Program-made: the position numbers and the translations under genes
The notes under the pieces: model-generated
Told to the model about the DNA's origin: nothing
The model's database searches: none
The model's input: the letters and a program-made list of their open reading frames with translations, nothing else
From: Bacteroidia bacterium
GTDB taxonomy: Bacteria; Bacteroidota; Bacteroidia; NS11-12g; UBA9320
DNA length: 64,000 nt
Assembly: GCA_965216465.1 (NCBI GenBank)
Contig: CBDCFW010000003.1
Location: forward strand, 192,001-256,000
Reading direction: 5' to 3'
Shown here: positions 1 through 9,508 of the stretch, piece by piece
Numbering within the stretch: the stretch's first letter is position 1
How the letters are laid out: each line of letters opens with the position of its first letter

Positions 1-297
1 CAAGAAATGTACGTAAAGAAAAACACAGTATTAGAACCCATTAATCGTATTGGTCCACATAATCAGTTTCTAGAGTTTGGAGTGAAATATGGTATTCTGG
101 GAATAATCTTAATTGGAGCTTACTTTCTGGTGTTTGTAAGAGATGCTAACGTCAGTTCGTATATGTTTTTGGGAGTTTTATGCGTTTTATTCGTGTCGAT
201 GCAATTTGAGTCGCTCTTAGAACGACAAACTAGCATCTATTTTGTTACTCTTTTTACGGGAGTTGGGTACAATCTCTTTAGAAAAAGTGATTATTAG
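1..297 (+). CDS. O-antigen ligase-like membrane protein, 3' part only
   Basis: PHNQFLE...GILG motif of Wzy_C/WaaL-type proteins followed by TM helices; the frame appears to run in from the window edge. Confidence 0.7.
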   Translation, partial: QEMYVKKNTVLEPINRIGPHNQFLEFGVKYGILGIILIGAYFLVFVRDANVSSYMFLGVLCVLFVSMQFESLLERQTSIYFVTLFTGVGYNLFRKSDY

Positions 298-349
298 ACT
301 AAAATGACGCTCTCGGAAGGAGTTTAGCACTATTTTTGATATAATACCG

Positions 350-1111
350 ATGATGAGATATTTGTTTATAGGATTGGCTTGTTTGATTGCATCTGTTGGA
401 TTTGCACAAACAGACGAGAAAAAGGAATTTGAAGATAAGTTCTTCTTAGGCGTGGCATCTTCATATTATGTAGATTTCGTAACAACTCCGTTGAGAGTGA
501 GTTATGAACCTACAGGGAATACTATTCCGGTAGTCGATCCCAACGATACAACTAAAACCATTTTTATTGATGAATTCGCTGATGTACCAGCTCAAACTTC
601 ATATGTGTCGTATTTCTCCTTTGGTTTAGAGCCTAGATTTAATATCCATGAAATAAGCGAAAATCTTGCTTTTGCAGTGTCTGCACCTGTTACCATAGGC
701 TTTGGAACTGCTTTAGCTACAAATTCAGACGTTAAAGGAATTCAAGGCTTTGGGTCTATACAGGTACCCGTTATGGCTAAGTTGTATCTCGGTTCGGGGT
801 CCACTTACGATACTAACGAAGACTTTGGTATCAGCATTGGAGCAGGTGCCGAGTTAAACAAAATTGCGTTGTTTAGCCCAAATGTTGAAACAAAAGATCA
901 GGACTTGAACAAAGCTTGGATAATGCCAGCTGTTACAGGTGGTGTTCATTTTTGGAGAGGAAGCTCTCCAATGGAAGTGAATATCAAATATGGATTTGGC
1001 AGAATTCAGTCGTATACACACGATCGTTATGGCCAGCCACTAAGCACCGGTGAACGGTTTACTCGAGCCAACTCGATTAAGTTGACCTTCATCTATTTAA
1101 TGAACTACTAA
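350..1111 (+). CDS. Hypothetical exported protein, probable outer-membrane beta-barrel
   Basis: Signal peptide (VGFA|Q), alternating beta-strand pattern, terminal aromatic residue; TATTTTTG element upstream. Confidence 0.55.
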   Translation: MMRYLFIGLACLIASVGFAQTDEKKEFEDKFFLGVASSYYVDFVTTPLRVSYEPTGNTIPVVDPNDTTKTIFIDEFADVPAQTSYVSYFSFGLEPRFNIHEISENLAFAVSAPVTIGFGTALATNSDVKGIQGFGSIQVPVMAKLYLGSGSTYDTNEDFGISIGAGAELNKIALFSPNVETKDQDLNKAWIMPAVTGGVHFWRGSSPMEVNIKYGFGRIQSYTHDRYGQPLSTGERFTRANSIKLTFIYLMNY

Positions 1112-2742
1112 CGCCAGTAGTCTTGAACGATGGCCTGACCATCAAGCGAGTCAGCACTTATTCCTAACAGGAATAATATACTCGGAGCAATGTCAACCGT
1201 TGTCACTTCATAGGACACGTGACTCCCTGAAAATCTCCCTCCATAAAATACAATTGGAACTTGAGAATCATAATTATAAGGCGTACCATGGCTTGTTCCT
1301 CCTTTACTCTTGTTAATTAAGGTGTAAGGTCTTCCCAAAATCTCAATAAAAAGACTGTTGTTGCGATGGTAGTTGTGGTAAAAAGAAAGGTGATAATCTT
1401 TAGGTCCATCGGCGCTTTCCAGCTCAAAGCCATTAAATGTTGTTACGATATAATCAAGTTTCTCTAATCCTGCACATAAATGCTCTACCAACTGAAGGCT
1501 ATCAACGTCCGTGCCCTCCAGAGCCTTAAAATTGGGTTCTATACCATTGTACTTGTAGTCAACAATAGGGTATCCGTTTAAGTTAAGTTCATCTTGCGTA
1601 GCCAATGCAACGTTTTCAAGGTCACTTTTGAATTGAGCAGAAGAGATCCGAGATATGCTGTCTGATTCTGCCATGTTTTCGGGAATAGGACATACTCCAT
1701 GATCAGAAGTGAGCACCAATACATAGTTCTCTTTTCCTACTGTGCTATCTAAGAATGAAATAAAATCTCCGAGATATTTATCAAACTTGAAGTAGTAGTC
1801 TAATACCTCCATGCTTTTAGGTCCAAAGTGATGACCGATGTAGTCACTTGCCGACAATCCTATACTGAGTGCATCTACATGATCATCTTGGCCCAAGCCT
1901 TCGGATGAAATCAATTGTTTTGCGAACTCTAATAAGAACTTGTCGCCGTAAGGGGTATTCCACAGAAAGTTTCCTTTGCGTTTATTACCAGCATATGCTG
2001 AATCGAGATTAGCTATTGTATGTGGGAAATAAGAGCTAAAAGCTGCTTCTTCATAAATATTGGTGTCTTGGCGAGTGTAACTTGTAACTGCAGATTTGGG
2101 AACCTCAAAGTGCCAGCCTTTTTCTATCTCTTTAGCCATGACATCACCTGCTTTAAATTGCTTAACCCAAGCAGGAAAGGGAGCGTTGTAGCTTTTGGTA
2201 CTAACCATTTGAGTTGATTTTGAATCAAACCAAAAAGACCTGTCAGCATGCTTTCCACCCATTAAAATGGATGTACGATCCTTTAAACTTACGCTGTAGC
2301 TCTTACTTTTAGGGTCAGCAGCTTTTATCAGGTCACCATAAGATTGGCGTTCTAGGTTTTTTGGAGAAACTGTTTTTAATGAGCAGCTATCAATTCCTTC
2401 GAACAAGGCAGTTGAATCATATACAGCATATTCTAGATGTTGAAGTTGCCTGTTAAAAATTGAATTTCCGCTTATGCCATGATGACGAGGGAAGCACCCC
2501 GTTGCGATAGTGGCGTGTCCAACAGCCGTGTTTGTACAAGAATGGGTATGCACAGCAAGGTCAAAAGAGGTGCCGTTAGCATCTAACTCTGTGAGTCCAT
2601 GTGAAAAAGCCGGTTTAAACTCGTTTAAAAAGTCTCCGCACATTTGGTCTACACTCATTACTATTACCAATTTTGGCTTGTTTTGGGTGGAAGAATTACA
2701 GGCAATTAAACCAAATAGAAGAATCGGAAGAAGTTTTTTCAC
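1108..2742 (-). CDS. Alkaline phosphatase family lipoprotein (PafA-like)
   Basis: VDQ, TNTAVGH (Thr nucleophile), SLKDR, DYIGH, TSDHG and HGTPY motifs; start moved to GTG 2742, giving the lipobox MKKLLPILLFGLIAC. Confidence 0.85.
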   Translation of the reverse strand: MKKLLPILLFGLIACNSSTQNKPKLVIVMSVDQMCGDFLNEFKPAFSHGLTELDANGTSFDLAVHTHSCTNTAVGHATIATGCFPRHHGISGNSIFNRQLQHLEYAVYDSTALFEGIDSCSLKTVSPKNLERQSYGDLIKAADPKSKSYSVSLKDRTSILMGGKHADRSFWFDSKSTQMVSTKSYNAPFPAWVKQFKAGDVMAKEIEKGWHFEVPKSAVTSYTRQDTNIYEEAAFSSYFPHTIANLDSAYAGNKRKGNFLWNTPYGDKFLLEFAKQLISSEGLGQDDHVDALSIGLSASDYIGHHFGPKSMEVLDYYFKFDKYLGDFISFLDSTVGKENYVLVLTSDHGVCPIPENMAESDSISRISSAQFKSDLENVALATQDELNLNGYPIVDYKYNGIEPNFKALEGTDVDSLQLVEHLCAGLEKLDYIVTTFNGFELESADGPKDYHLSFYHNYHRNNSLFIEILGRPYTLINKSKGGTSHGTPYNYDSQVPIVFYGGRFSGSHVSYEVTTVDIAPSILFLLGISADSLDGQAIVQDYWR

Positions 2743-2849
2743 GTTGCAAATTAAAAGCGAGTAATGTTTTCTTAAAGTAAAAAAATCAAAAAATAGAACC
2801 TTTGTAAATTCATTCTTGTTAATCCTGCAATTGCAATTCATATTTGCCT

Positions 2850-5138
2850 ATGCCTAAATTTTTAATCGCCATCCTTGTTTTTATGCTGAGTAGTCAGGTT
2901 TATGGGCAGCGTATTCTTAGAGGGAAGGTTGTTGATGCTAACGAAAATCCCATTTCCAATGCAAAAATTGAAGAATTAGGGAGCACAAATGTGGCATTTA
3001 GTGACTTTGATGGCCGATTTGAGATGAGGTATTACAGTGAAGAAGATATTCTCTTGTTTTCACATCCTCAATTTGATTCGCTTAGAGTAAACTTTTTTGC
3101 CAATCGTGAATTGGTAGTTTTTCTAAACTTAAAAGCAGATAATAATCCGTATAACCTAGGAGGAACAGTTGGCTTTTTAGATTTTGATCAGAAAATTCCG
3201 AATAAAAGGCTCGAAAACATGCCTTACATTTTAGGTCAGGCTGATATTAACAGACAGCTGCAAAATCTGCCAGGAATAGAACACGGTAACGAAGGATTTA
3301 GTAATCTCTTTATTAGGGGAGGAGATGTCGATCAAAACCTTATGCTCTATAACGGCACGCCGATTTACAACTTTAACCATGCTTTTGGTGCGGCATCTGT
3401 TTTTCACAGCAAGAGCATAGGAAATACTAAGGTTTATAAAGGAATTGCACCTGCTAGATATGGAGGAAGAGCTTCGTCAGTGATAGAAGTTGAAAGTGCC
3501 AAAGATGCTGAATTTAGTGGAGTAAAGGGCGAGTTTGAGATCAACCCGATGAGCGGTGGTTTGTATATTGAAAGCATTAAAAAGAACAAGAGTTATTTCA
3601 CCATTTCTGCAAGGAGGTCTTGGATAGATTTGTTATTTCCTGTTGAAACCCGACAAAATTCGTTCAACTTTAACTTTTATGATATTCAGACCAATTTCGG
3701 CTTTAAGCTTGAAAATGATGATAGACTAGATTTTAGTATAATGGGAACACGAGATTTGTATTTCCTGTCTATACTTATTGAATCTGACTCAAATACCTCA
3801 GAATCAGCAAAGTATAACATACTTAGAAAGTGGTCAAATCTCTTGTCATCGGTAAAGTACACCCAAAAAATTGATGCTAAAATGGTAGCTGAGCACTCTA
3901 TTCATTACTCTCAGTTCAAAAGCACGATTGGTTTAAGTGAAGAAGTGCTGATCAATGATTTTAATACCCCAAATCCATACGGTGAAGAGCTATTAAACAG
4001 AGGAGTACGCGATATAATTTTGCGTTCAAATTGGAATAGAATATTAAGCAATCGAAACCACTTGAATTTTGGCCTTGAATCAAATATTCGTTCATTTTTA
4101 GTCGGAAACTATGTATACAATTCGCGTAATTATCCAGGACAAGAAGATAACAGTATTGAGTTAGGAAGCAGCAAATATAAAGCTTCATTTGAGAATAGTC
4201 TTTACATAGAAAATCAATATCAAGTTACTGAAAAATTTAAAGCTAATTACGGAGCAAGAGCTACCTTTTTTATGTATGATGGTTATTCAGCAACAGGATT
4301 TCAGCCTAGGGTTAATGCTATTTACAAACTTGATGACAAAAGTGTAATGAAATTTGGGTATAACGCTCATAACCAGTTCTTACATCTTTTAAATTTAGGA
4401 GAGAGTGGAGATATATGGAATGTTTGGGCACCTGCAACTGAGCTCGTTAAACCACAAGTTTCTCACATTGCAGAAGTTGGTTATGAACGTCTTGTTGGTA
4501 CAAAATATGCGTTGATGGCGAATGCGTATTATAAATACATGAATAACTTAACTCGAATTTCGAACCGTGACGACGTTACAGATCCTTCGAAAGATTGGCA
4601 AAGTGCAGTGTTTCAAGGTTCAGGGAGCTCTTATGGTTTAGAAATAATGTTCCAAAAAAATGAAGGAGACCTCACAGGGTGGTTAAGTTATACCCTAGCA
4701 AAGAGCTCTAGAAATTTTCCAGACCTTTATGAGGATGACTTTTTGTTCAACCATGACCGTACCCACATGTTAAAATTTTATATGAACGTGGTTACTTATG
4801 GGGATTGGAATTTTGGGGTGAACTTTCTTGTTGGAAGCGGTCAGCTCTATACATTACCTATAGGTCGTTTCAGAGATTTGTCGGGTAACATTCAATTAGA
4901 ATACAATACCTTGAACAATTACCGCAGTCCGGTATACCATCGTATAGATTTTAGCTTTATTCGAATTAAAGATTTAATAGGACCAGAACAACAATGGAAG
5001 TTCTATCTATACAATGCATATGGTGCACGAAACCCATCTAATATTAACGCTCAGTTTGAGGGTGGTCTAAACGGATTACAAATTGAAAGGAACTATCTAG
5101 CTTATGTTCCAGGTGTTGCTTACATATTAAAGTTTTAA
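2850..5138 (+). CDS. TonB-dependent receptor
   Basis: Carboxypeptidase-regulatory-like N domain, plug motifs (IRGG..DQN, YGGRASSV), C-terminal F. Confidence 0.85.
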   Translation: MPKFLIAILVFMLSSQVYGQRILRGKVVDANENPISNAKIEELGSTNVAFSDFDGRFEMRYYSEEDILLFSHPQFDSLRVNFFANRELVVFLNLKADNNPYNLGGTVGFLDFDQKIPNKRLENMPYILGQADINRQLQNLPGIEHGNEGFSNLFIRGGDVDQNLMLYNGTPIYNFNHAFGAASVFHSKSIGNTKVYKGIAPARYGGRASSVIEVESAKDAEFSGVKGEFEINPMSGGLYIESIKKNKSYFTISARRSWIDLLFPVETRQNSFNFNFYDIQTNFGFKLENDDRLDFSIMGTRDLYFLSILIESDSNTSESAKYNILRKWSNLLSSVKYTQKIDAKMVAEHSIHYSQFKSTIGLSEEVLINDFNTPNPYGEELLNRGVRDIILRSNWNRILSNRNHLNFGLESNIRSFLVGNYVYNSRNYPGQEDNSIELGSSKYKASFENSLYIENQYQVTEKFKANYGARATFFMYDGYSATGFQPRVNAIYKLDDKSVMKFGYNAHNQFLHLLNLGESGDIWNVWAPATELVKPQVSHIAEVGYERLVGTKYALMANAYYKYMNNLTRISNRDDVTDPSKDWQSAVFQGSGSSYGLEIMFQKNEGDLTGWLSYTLAKSSRNFPDLYEDDFLFNHDRTHMLKFYMNVVTYGDWNFGVNFLVGSGQLYTLPIGRFRDLSGNIQLEYNTLNNYRSPVYHRIDFSFIRIKDLIGPEQQWKFYLYNAYGARNPSNINAQFEGGLNGLQIERNYLAYVPGVAYILKF

Positions 5139-5139
5139 A

Positions 5140-6015
5140 ATGAGAGGAAAATTATATATCGTAGTATTAGCTGTCTTGAGCTCTGGGTGTTTTATTGATA
5201 CAATAAAACCTGAAGAACTATTAGATTACCAGGAAAAAGTTGTTGTTAATGGAGTGTTAACCACTCAAGGCGGAATTAGTTTAGAGATAACAGACAGTAG
5301 GTCATCTTTTGATTCGATATTTCCTAAATTAATTAGGGATGCCGAAGTAGTCGTTATACAAAATCAACTTGAAATACCGCTTACATTCGATCTGTTTTCG
5401 GAACAGTATGTAGCCAATAATAAATTAGAAGAAAGCGATGCAATTACGTTATCTGTTAAGCATCCAGATTTTCCATTTGCATCTTCAATACTTCGTATGC
5501 CTCGTTCAATCAATGCTTCAGCTACACTGATAGAAGATGGGGCAATTGACACCAGTGGAAACATCACAGATTTGGTTGAAGTAACTTTCGAAGATCAACC
5601 AGGAACAAAGAACTTCTATGTTATTAACTTCTATTATCGAAATGAAACACTGAATCAGTACATTCCGATTGCCTTCCCAACGACCGACCCTTCATTGGCA
5701 GAATACAACTCATTTTTATTAAATAATGCAGGTGTTCTTTTTACCGACGATTTGTTTAACGGTTCAACCAAGACAATTTCGTTGGTTCCTGTTGCAGATT
5801 TGGTGTCTGGCAATACGGGTGACAAATACAAGGTTGAGCTTATGAGTGTAACGGAAGATTTGTTTAAGTACTACAAGTCGTTGCAGCGTGCTCAAGATGC
5901 CAGAGAAATCTCATTCGATGCAGGATATAACAACGCCGTAGTTATTCATTCTAACATAAGAAATGGCTTAGGAATTTTGGGTGGTGCAACCGTAAACGAG
6001 TTGATTTTAAACTAG
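5140..6015 (+). CDS. DUF4249-type lipoprotein partner of the receptor
   Basis: Lipobox LSSGC, C-terminal SNIRNGLGILG; directly follows the receptor gene. Confidence 0.75.
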   Translation: MRGKLYIVVLAVLSSGCFIDTIKPEELLDYQEKVVVNGVLTTQGGISLEITDSRSSFDSIFPKLIRDAEVVVIQNQLEIPLTFDLFSEQYVANNKLEESDAITLSVKHPDFPFASSILRMPRSINASATLIEDGAIDTSGNITDLVEVTFEDQPGTKNFYVINFYYRNETLNQYIPIAFPTTDPSLAEYNSFLLNNAGVLFTDDLFNGSTKTISLVPVADLVSGNTGDKYKVELMSVTEDLFKYYKSLQRAQDAREISFDAGYNNAVVIHSNIRNGLGILGGATVNELILN

Positions 6016-6080
6016 AATAGTACCGTCGTTAAATAATTAGAAACTTTTATCAATTAAAAGGTTAGCTTGCGACCCAATTT

Positions 6081-8399
6081 ATGAGCCGATTTTTATATCT
6101 ACTTATTCTGGTTTCATTGACCGCAATTAGCTTTGGTCAAACAGGAATTTTACGCGGTGTTGTAAAGGATGCTGAAACCGGAGAAGAAATCGTTTCTGCT
6201 GTTATCACATTAACCGAAACACACCAAGGCTCCTATTCAGATGAAAGAGGTATTTACAGTGTAAATAGAATTGCTCCAGGCGAGTATACGGTCTTGGCTT
6301 CTTTCATTGGCTACGACTCAACGTATTTTACGATTAAGGTTGCAGCTGATCAAATTGTAACTAAGAACATTTTTCTTTATTCCAGTGCCAATACCATTGG
6401 AACTATAAAAGTATCAGCCGAAAAGCTTCGAAAAAAGAAGGAAGTTTACATTTCTCAAGTATCCATAGAACCAAAGCAGCTTGAACGTATTCCATCAGTA
6501 GGAGGAGAGCCTGATTTAGTTCAGTACTTACAAGTACTGCCTGGAGTGGTTTTTTCTGGAGACCAAGGAGGTCAGCTCTATATCAGAGGTGGTTCTCCTG
6601 TTATGAATCGTGTTATGATGGATGGCTTAACCATTTACAACCCTTTTCATTCCATAGGACTTTTTTCTGTTTTTGATAGCGACATATTAAAAGACGTAGA
6701 TGTTTATTCTGCTGGGTTTAGTGCAGAATACGGAGGAAGAATCTCTGCAATTGTTGATGTCAGAACGCGTGAAGGAAATAAAAATGAGTTTAAGGGAAAA
6801 ATAAATGCCAGTCCTTTTAACGCCAAGGTACTTCTAGAAGGCCCATTGAAGGCATATGAGCAAGGCAAGAACCACAGTAGTTACATTCTGTCTTATAAAA
6901 ACTCGTATTTAGGAAACTCGGCACCCATAATCTACCCCTATGTAAATGATGGCGTTTTACCTTATTCATTTAGCGATTTGTATGCAAAGCTATCATTTAA
7001 CTCAGCTGATGGAAGCAAGGCCAATATATTTGGTTTCAATTACCAAGATAATGTAGACTTTCCTAACTCTACATCGTATAATTGGGTTGCTAATGGGGCA
7101 GGAGTTAATTTCTTGCTTATTCCAGGAACTAGTAAGACCATCATTGACGGCTCTATAACGTATAGCGATTACGAAATTCGCCAGAAAGAGAGCGATAATA
7201 GACCAAGACGTTCAGCAATTAACGGTTACAACGTTAACTTAAACTTCACCTACTTACAGCGTGAAGACGATAAATTGAAGTATGGTTTGGAAATGAACGG
7301 GTTCCAAACCGATTTTGAAATTTATAATAGCTTTGGTAGAAGAATTAATCAGAAAGAGAATACTACAGAAATCAACGGATATTTAAACTATCTACGCAAT
7401 TTCAATAAGAAATTTCTGTTAGAGACTGGTATTCGTCTTCAACGCTATGCCAGCTTGCAAGAAAACAGTCTGGAGCCTAGAATACGAGCTAAATATATAG
7501 CAGGAACTCGCTTACGTTTCAAAGCGTCTGCAGGGCGGTATTCTCAAAACTTAATGAGCGCAGTTAGTGACAGAGACGTAGTAAACTTGTTCTATGGATT
7601 TTTAAGTGGGCCTAAAGACCTTCCTGAAGAATTTAAAGGCAATGAGGTCACATCACGTTTGCAAAAGGCTAATCACGCCGTATTTGGCTTTGAATTTGAT
7701 TTGAACGCAAATTCGGAGTTGAATATTGAAGCATATATCAAAGATTTTACTCAGATCACTAATATCAACAGAGATAAGATATTTGATAATATTCCAGAGA
7801 ATAATGATAAGCCAGATTATCTAAAGGTGAATTACATTATTGAAGAAGGTGTTGCGAAAGGCTACGACATTACGTATAAGTTTGAATCAGATAAATGGTA
7901 TATCTGGGCGGTTTACTCATACAATGTTGTGAATCGATTTGATGGACAACGCAACTATCAACCTCATTTTGATAGACGACACAATTTTAACTTCGTTAAT
8001 TCATACGATTTTGGTGAAAATAAGGAGTGGAGTGCCAATGTTCGTTGGAACTATGGTTCAGGCTTCCCATTTACGCTTACACAAGGATTTTATGAATTGC
8101 TAGACTTTAGCCAAGGAGCAACAACAGACTATACAACCGACAACGGTGAATTGGGAATATTATACGCAGACCTGAATACAGGCCGATTGCCATATTACCA
8201 TAGATTAGATGCTTCGATAAAGCGAACTTTCGAGATTAAGGATAAAAAGAAGGAGAATGAAGTTAAAAAGGTAGTAGCAATATTTTCGGTAACTAACGTG
8301 TACAACCGTGAAAATATATTCTATTTCAACAGGGTAGAGTACAAGAGAGAAAACCAATTGCCAGTACTGCCAAGCTTGTCGCTTAGCTATTCCTTTTAG
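6081..8399 (+). CDS. TonB-dependent receptor
   Basis: GEPD..LQVLPGV, YIRGG and YGGRIS plug motifs; C-terminal YSF. Confidence 0.88.
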   Translation: MSRFLYLLILVSLTAISFGQTGILRGVVKDAETGEEIVSAVITLTETHQGSYSDERGIYSVNRIAPGEYTVLASFIGYDSTYFTIKVAADQIVTKNIFLYSSANTIGTIKVSAEKLRKKKEVYISQVSIEPKQLERIPSVGGEPDLVQYLQVLPGVVFSGDQGGQLYIRGGSPVMNRVMMDGLTIYNPFHSIGLFSVFDSDILKDVDVYSAGFSAEYGGRISAIVDVRTREGNKNEFKGKINASPFNAKVLLEGPLKAYEQGKNHSSYILSYKNSYLGNSAPIIYPYVNDGVLPYSFSDLYAKLSFNSADGSKANIFGFNYQDNVDFPNSTSYNWVANGAGVNFLLIPGTSKTIIDGSITYSDYEIRQKESDNRPRRSAINGYNVNLNFTYLQREDDKLKYGLEMNGFQTDFEIYNSFGRRINQKENTTEINGYLNYLRNFNKKFLLETGIRLQRYASLQENSLEPRIRAKYIAGTRLRFKASAGRYSQNLMSAVSDRDVVNLFYGFLSGPKDLPEEFKGNEVTSRLQKANHAVFGFEFDLNANSELNIEAYIKDFTQITNINRDKIFDNIPENNDKPDYLKVNYIIEEGVAKGYDITYKFESDKWYIWAVYSYNVVNRFDGQRNYQPHFDRRHNFNFVNSYDFGENKEWSANVRWNYGSGFPFTLTQGFYELLDFSQGATTDYTTDNGELGILYADLNTGRLPYYHRLDASIKRTFEIKDKKKENEVKKVVAIFSVTNVYNRENIFYFNRVEYKRENQLPVLPSLSLSYSF

Positions 8400-8414
8400 T
8401 CAGTAAGCCTAATT

Positions 8415-8651
8415 TTAAATCAGTTCCAGAGAAGACGAATTACAAGATTCTTCTAAAACGATTTGAACCGAAGTTGGATTTGGTTGAAAGCTAATCGTGT
8501 CTAAAAGATCCATTTGGTCTTTAATTTGGAAGTATGCTTGAGACAATTCCTGGTCATTCAATACGAGAGAGAGTAAGCTTTGTTGCTTTTCTTCAGGAAA
8601 TTCGTTGTAGGCAAGAAGTACTAAATCATTTTGAGTAATGTCTTTTATCAT
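8415..8651 (-). CDS. Small conserved hypothetical protein, possibly anti-sigma-like
   Basis: 78 aa acidic helical ORF filling the gap; TQNDL..AYNE resembles small proteins that follow Bacteroidota ECF genes (recollection, unverified). Confidence 0.55.
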   Translation of the reverse strand: MIKDITQNDLVLLAYNEFPEEKQQSLLSLVLNDQELSQAYFQIKDQMDLLDTISFQPNPTSVQIVLEESCNSSSLELI

Positions 8652-8723
8652 ATAACATTCATTTTAGTTAAACTACATCATTAACGCCAAATTTTAGGAC
8701 GTAGTATAAATATTTTAAATTAA

Positions 8724-9506
8724 TTAATATTTCAACAGAAATTCTTGTTTGGAGTACCCTGGGTTGATGGTTACTATACCCAAAAAGAACAGGTCGATTG
8801 AAGCGGTAACTCTGGGGTGATTCTTAATACTCGACCAGGCTTGTTCCATACCTCTACTGTAGTGTATATCGTCTAAAACAAAGAGGGTATCTTCAGTAGC
8901 CTTTTCCAGTAAAAGGTTGAAGTATCGCAGCGTAGGTTCAAGTTTGTGATTGCCGTCGATATAGATCATATCAAACTGATTTTCAGAAACTTGGTCTAGC
9001 GTGTTGTCGAAGTTTCCTACAATTGAATGTACGTTGCTGAGTCCCAGTTGTCCCCATATATTTTGAGCAATTCCTGCAACGCTTGCATCACCTTCCAAGC
9101 TTGTAACTTGCCCTTCAGAATGCTTAGCCAAATAGGCAGTGGTTATGCCTAAAGAAGTACCCAGTTCAAGGACGTTTTTGCATTCGTAAAACTGTACAAT
9201 TCTTCCAAGAAGTCTGGCATACTTTTTTGATTTTAGAGCTTTTTTAGCCATGTCTGAGATGGAACGTTCAAACACATTCCCGTTTTTACCAAAATCGGTA
9301 AAGTCGATAACCTGCTTGCTTCGAATTAAACGTGAACGTTCAACTTCAATGTCGTTGGACTTGGCCTTACGGGTTTTCTTTAAAACTTCCGTAACAAACT
9401 CATAAACAAAAGGGGAGTGTACATCGTGTTTGTTACCCGATGAAGTGTAGTACTTTAAGTACTTTCTTGCTATGCGAAATCGACCATATGGCTTATCTTC
9501 TTTCAA
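8724..9506 (-). CDS. Class I SAM-dependent O-methyltransferase
   Basis: HSPFVY, LELGTSLG, IYIDGNH and DDI motifs. Confidence 0.85.
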   Translation of the reverse strand: MKEDKPYGRFRIARKYLKYYTSSGNKHDVHSPFVYEFVTEVLKKTRKAKSNDIEVERSRLIRSKQVIDFTDFGKNGNVFERSISDMAKKALKSKKYARLLGRIVQFYECKNVLELGTSLGITTAYLAKHSEGQVTSLEGDASVAGIAQNIWGQLGLSNVHSIVGNFDNTLDQVSENQFDMIYIDGNHKLEPTLRYFNLLLEKATEDTLFVLDDIHYSRGMEQAWSSIKNHPRVTASIDLFFLGIVTINPGYSKQEFLLKY

Positions 9507-9508
9507 AC

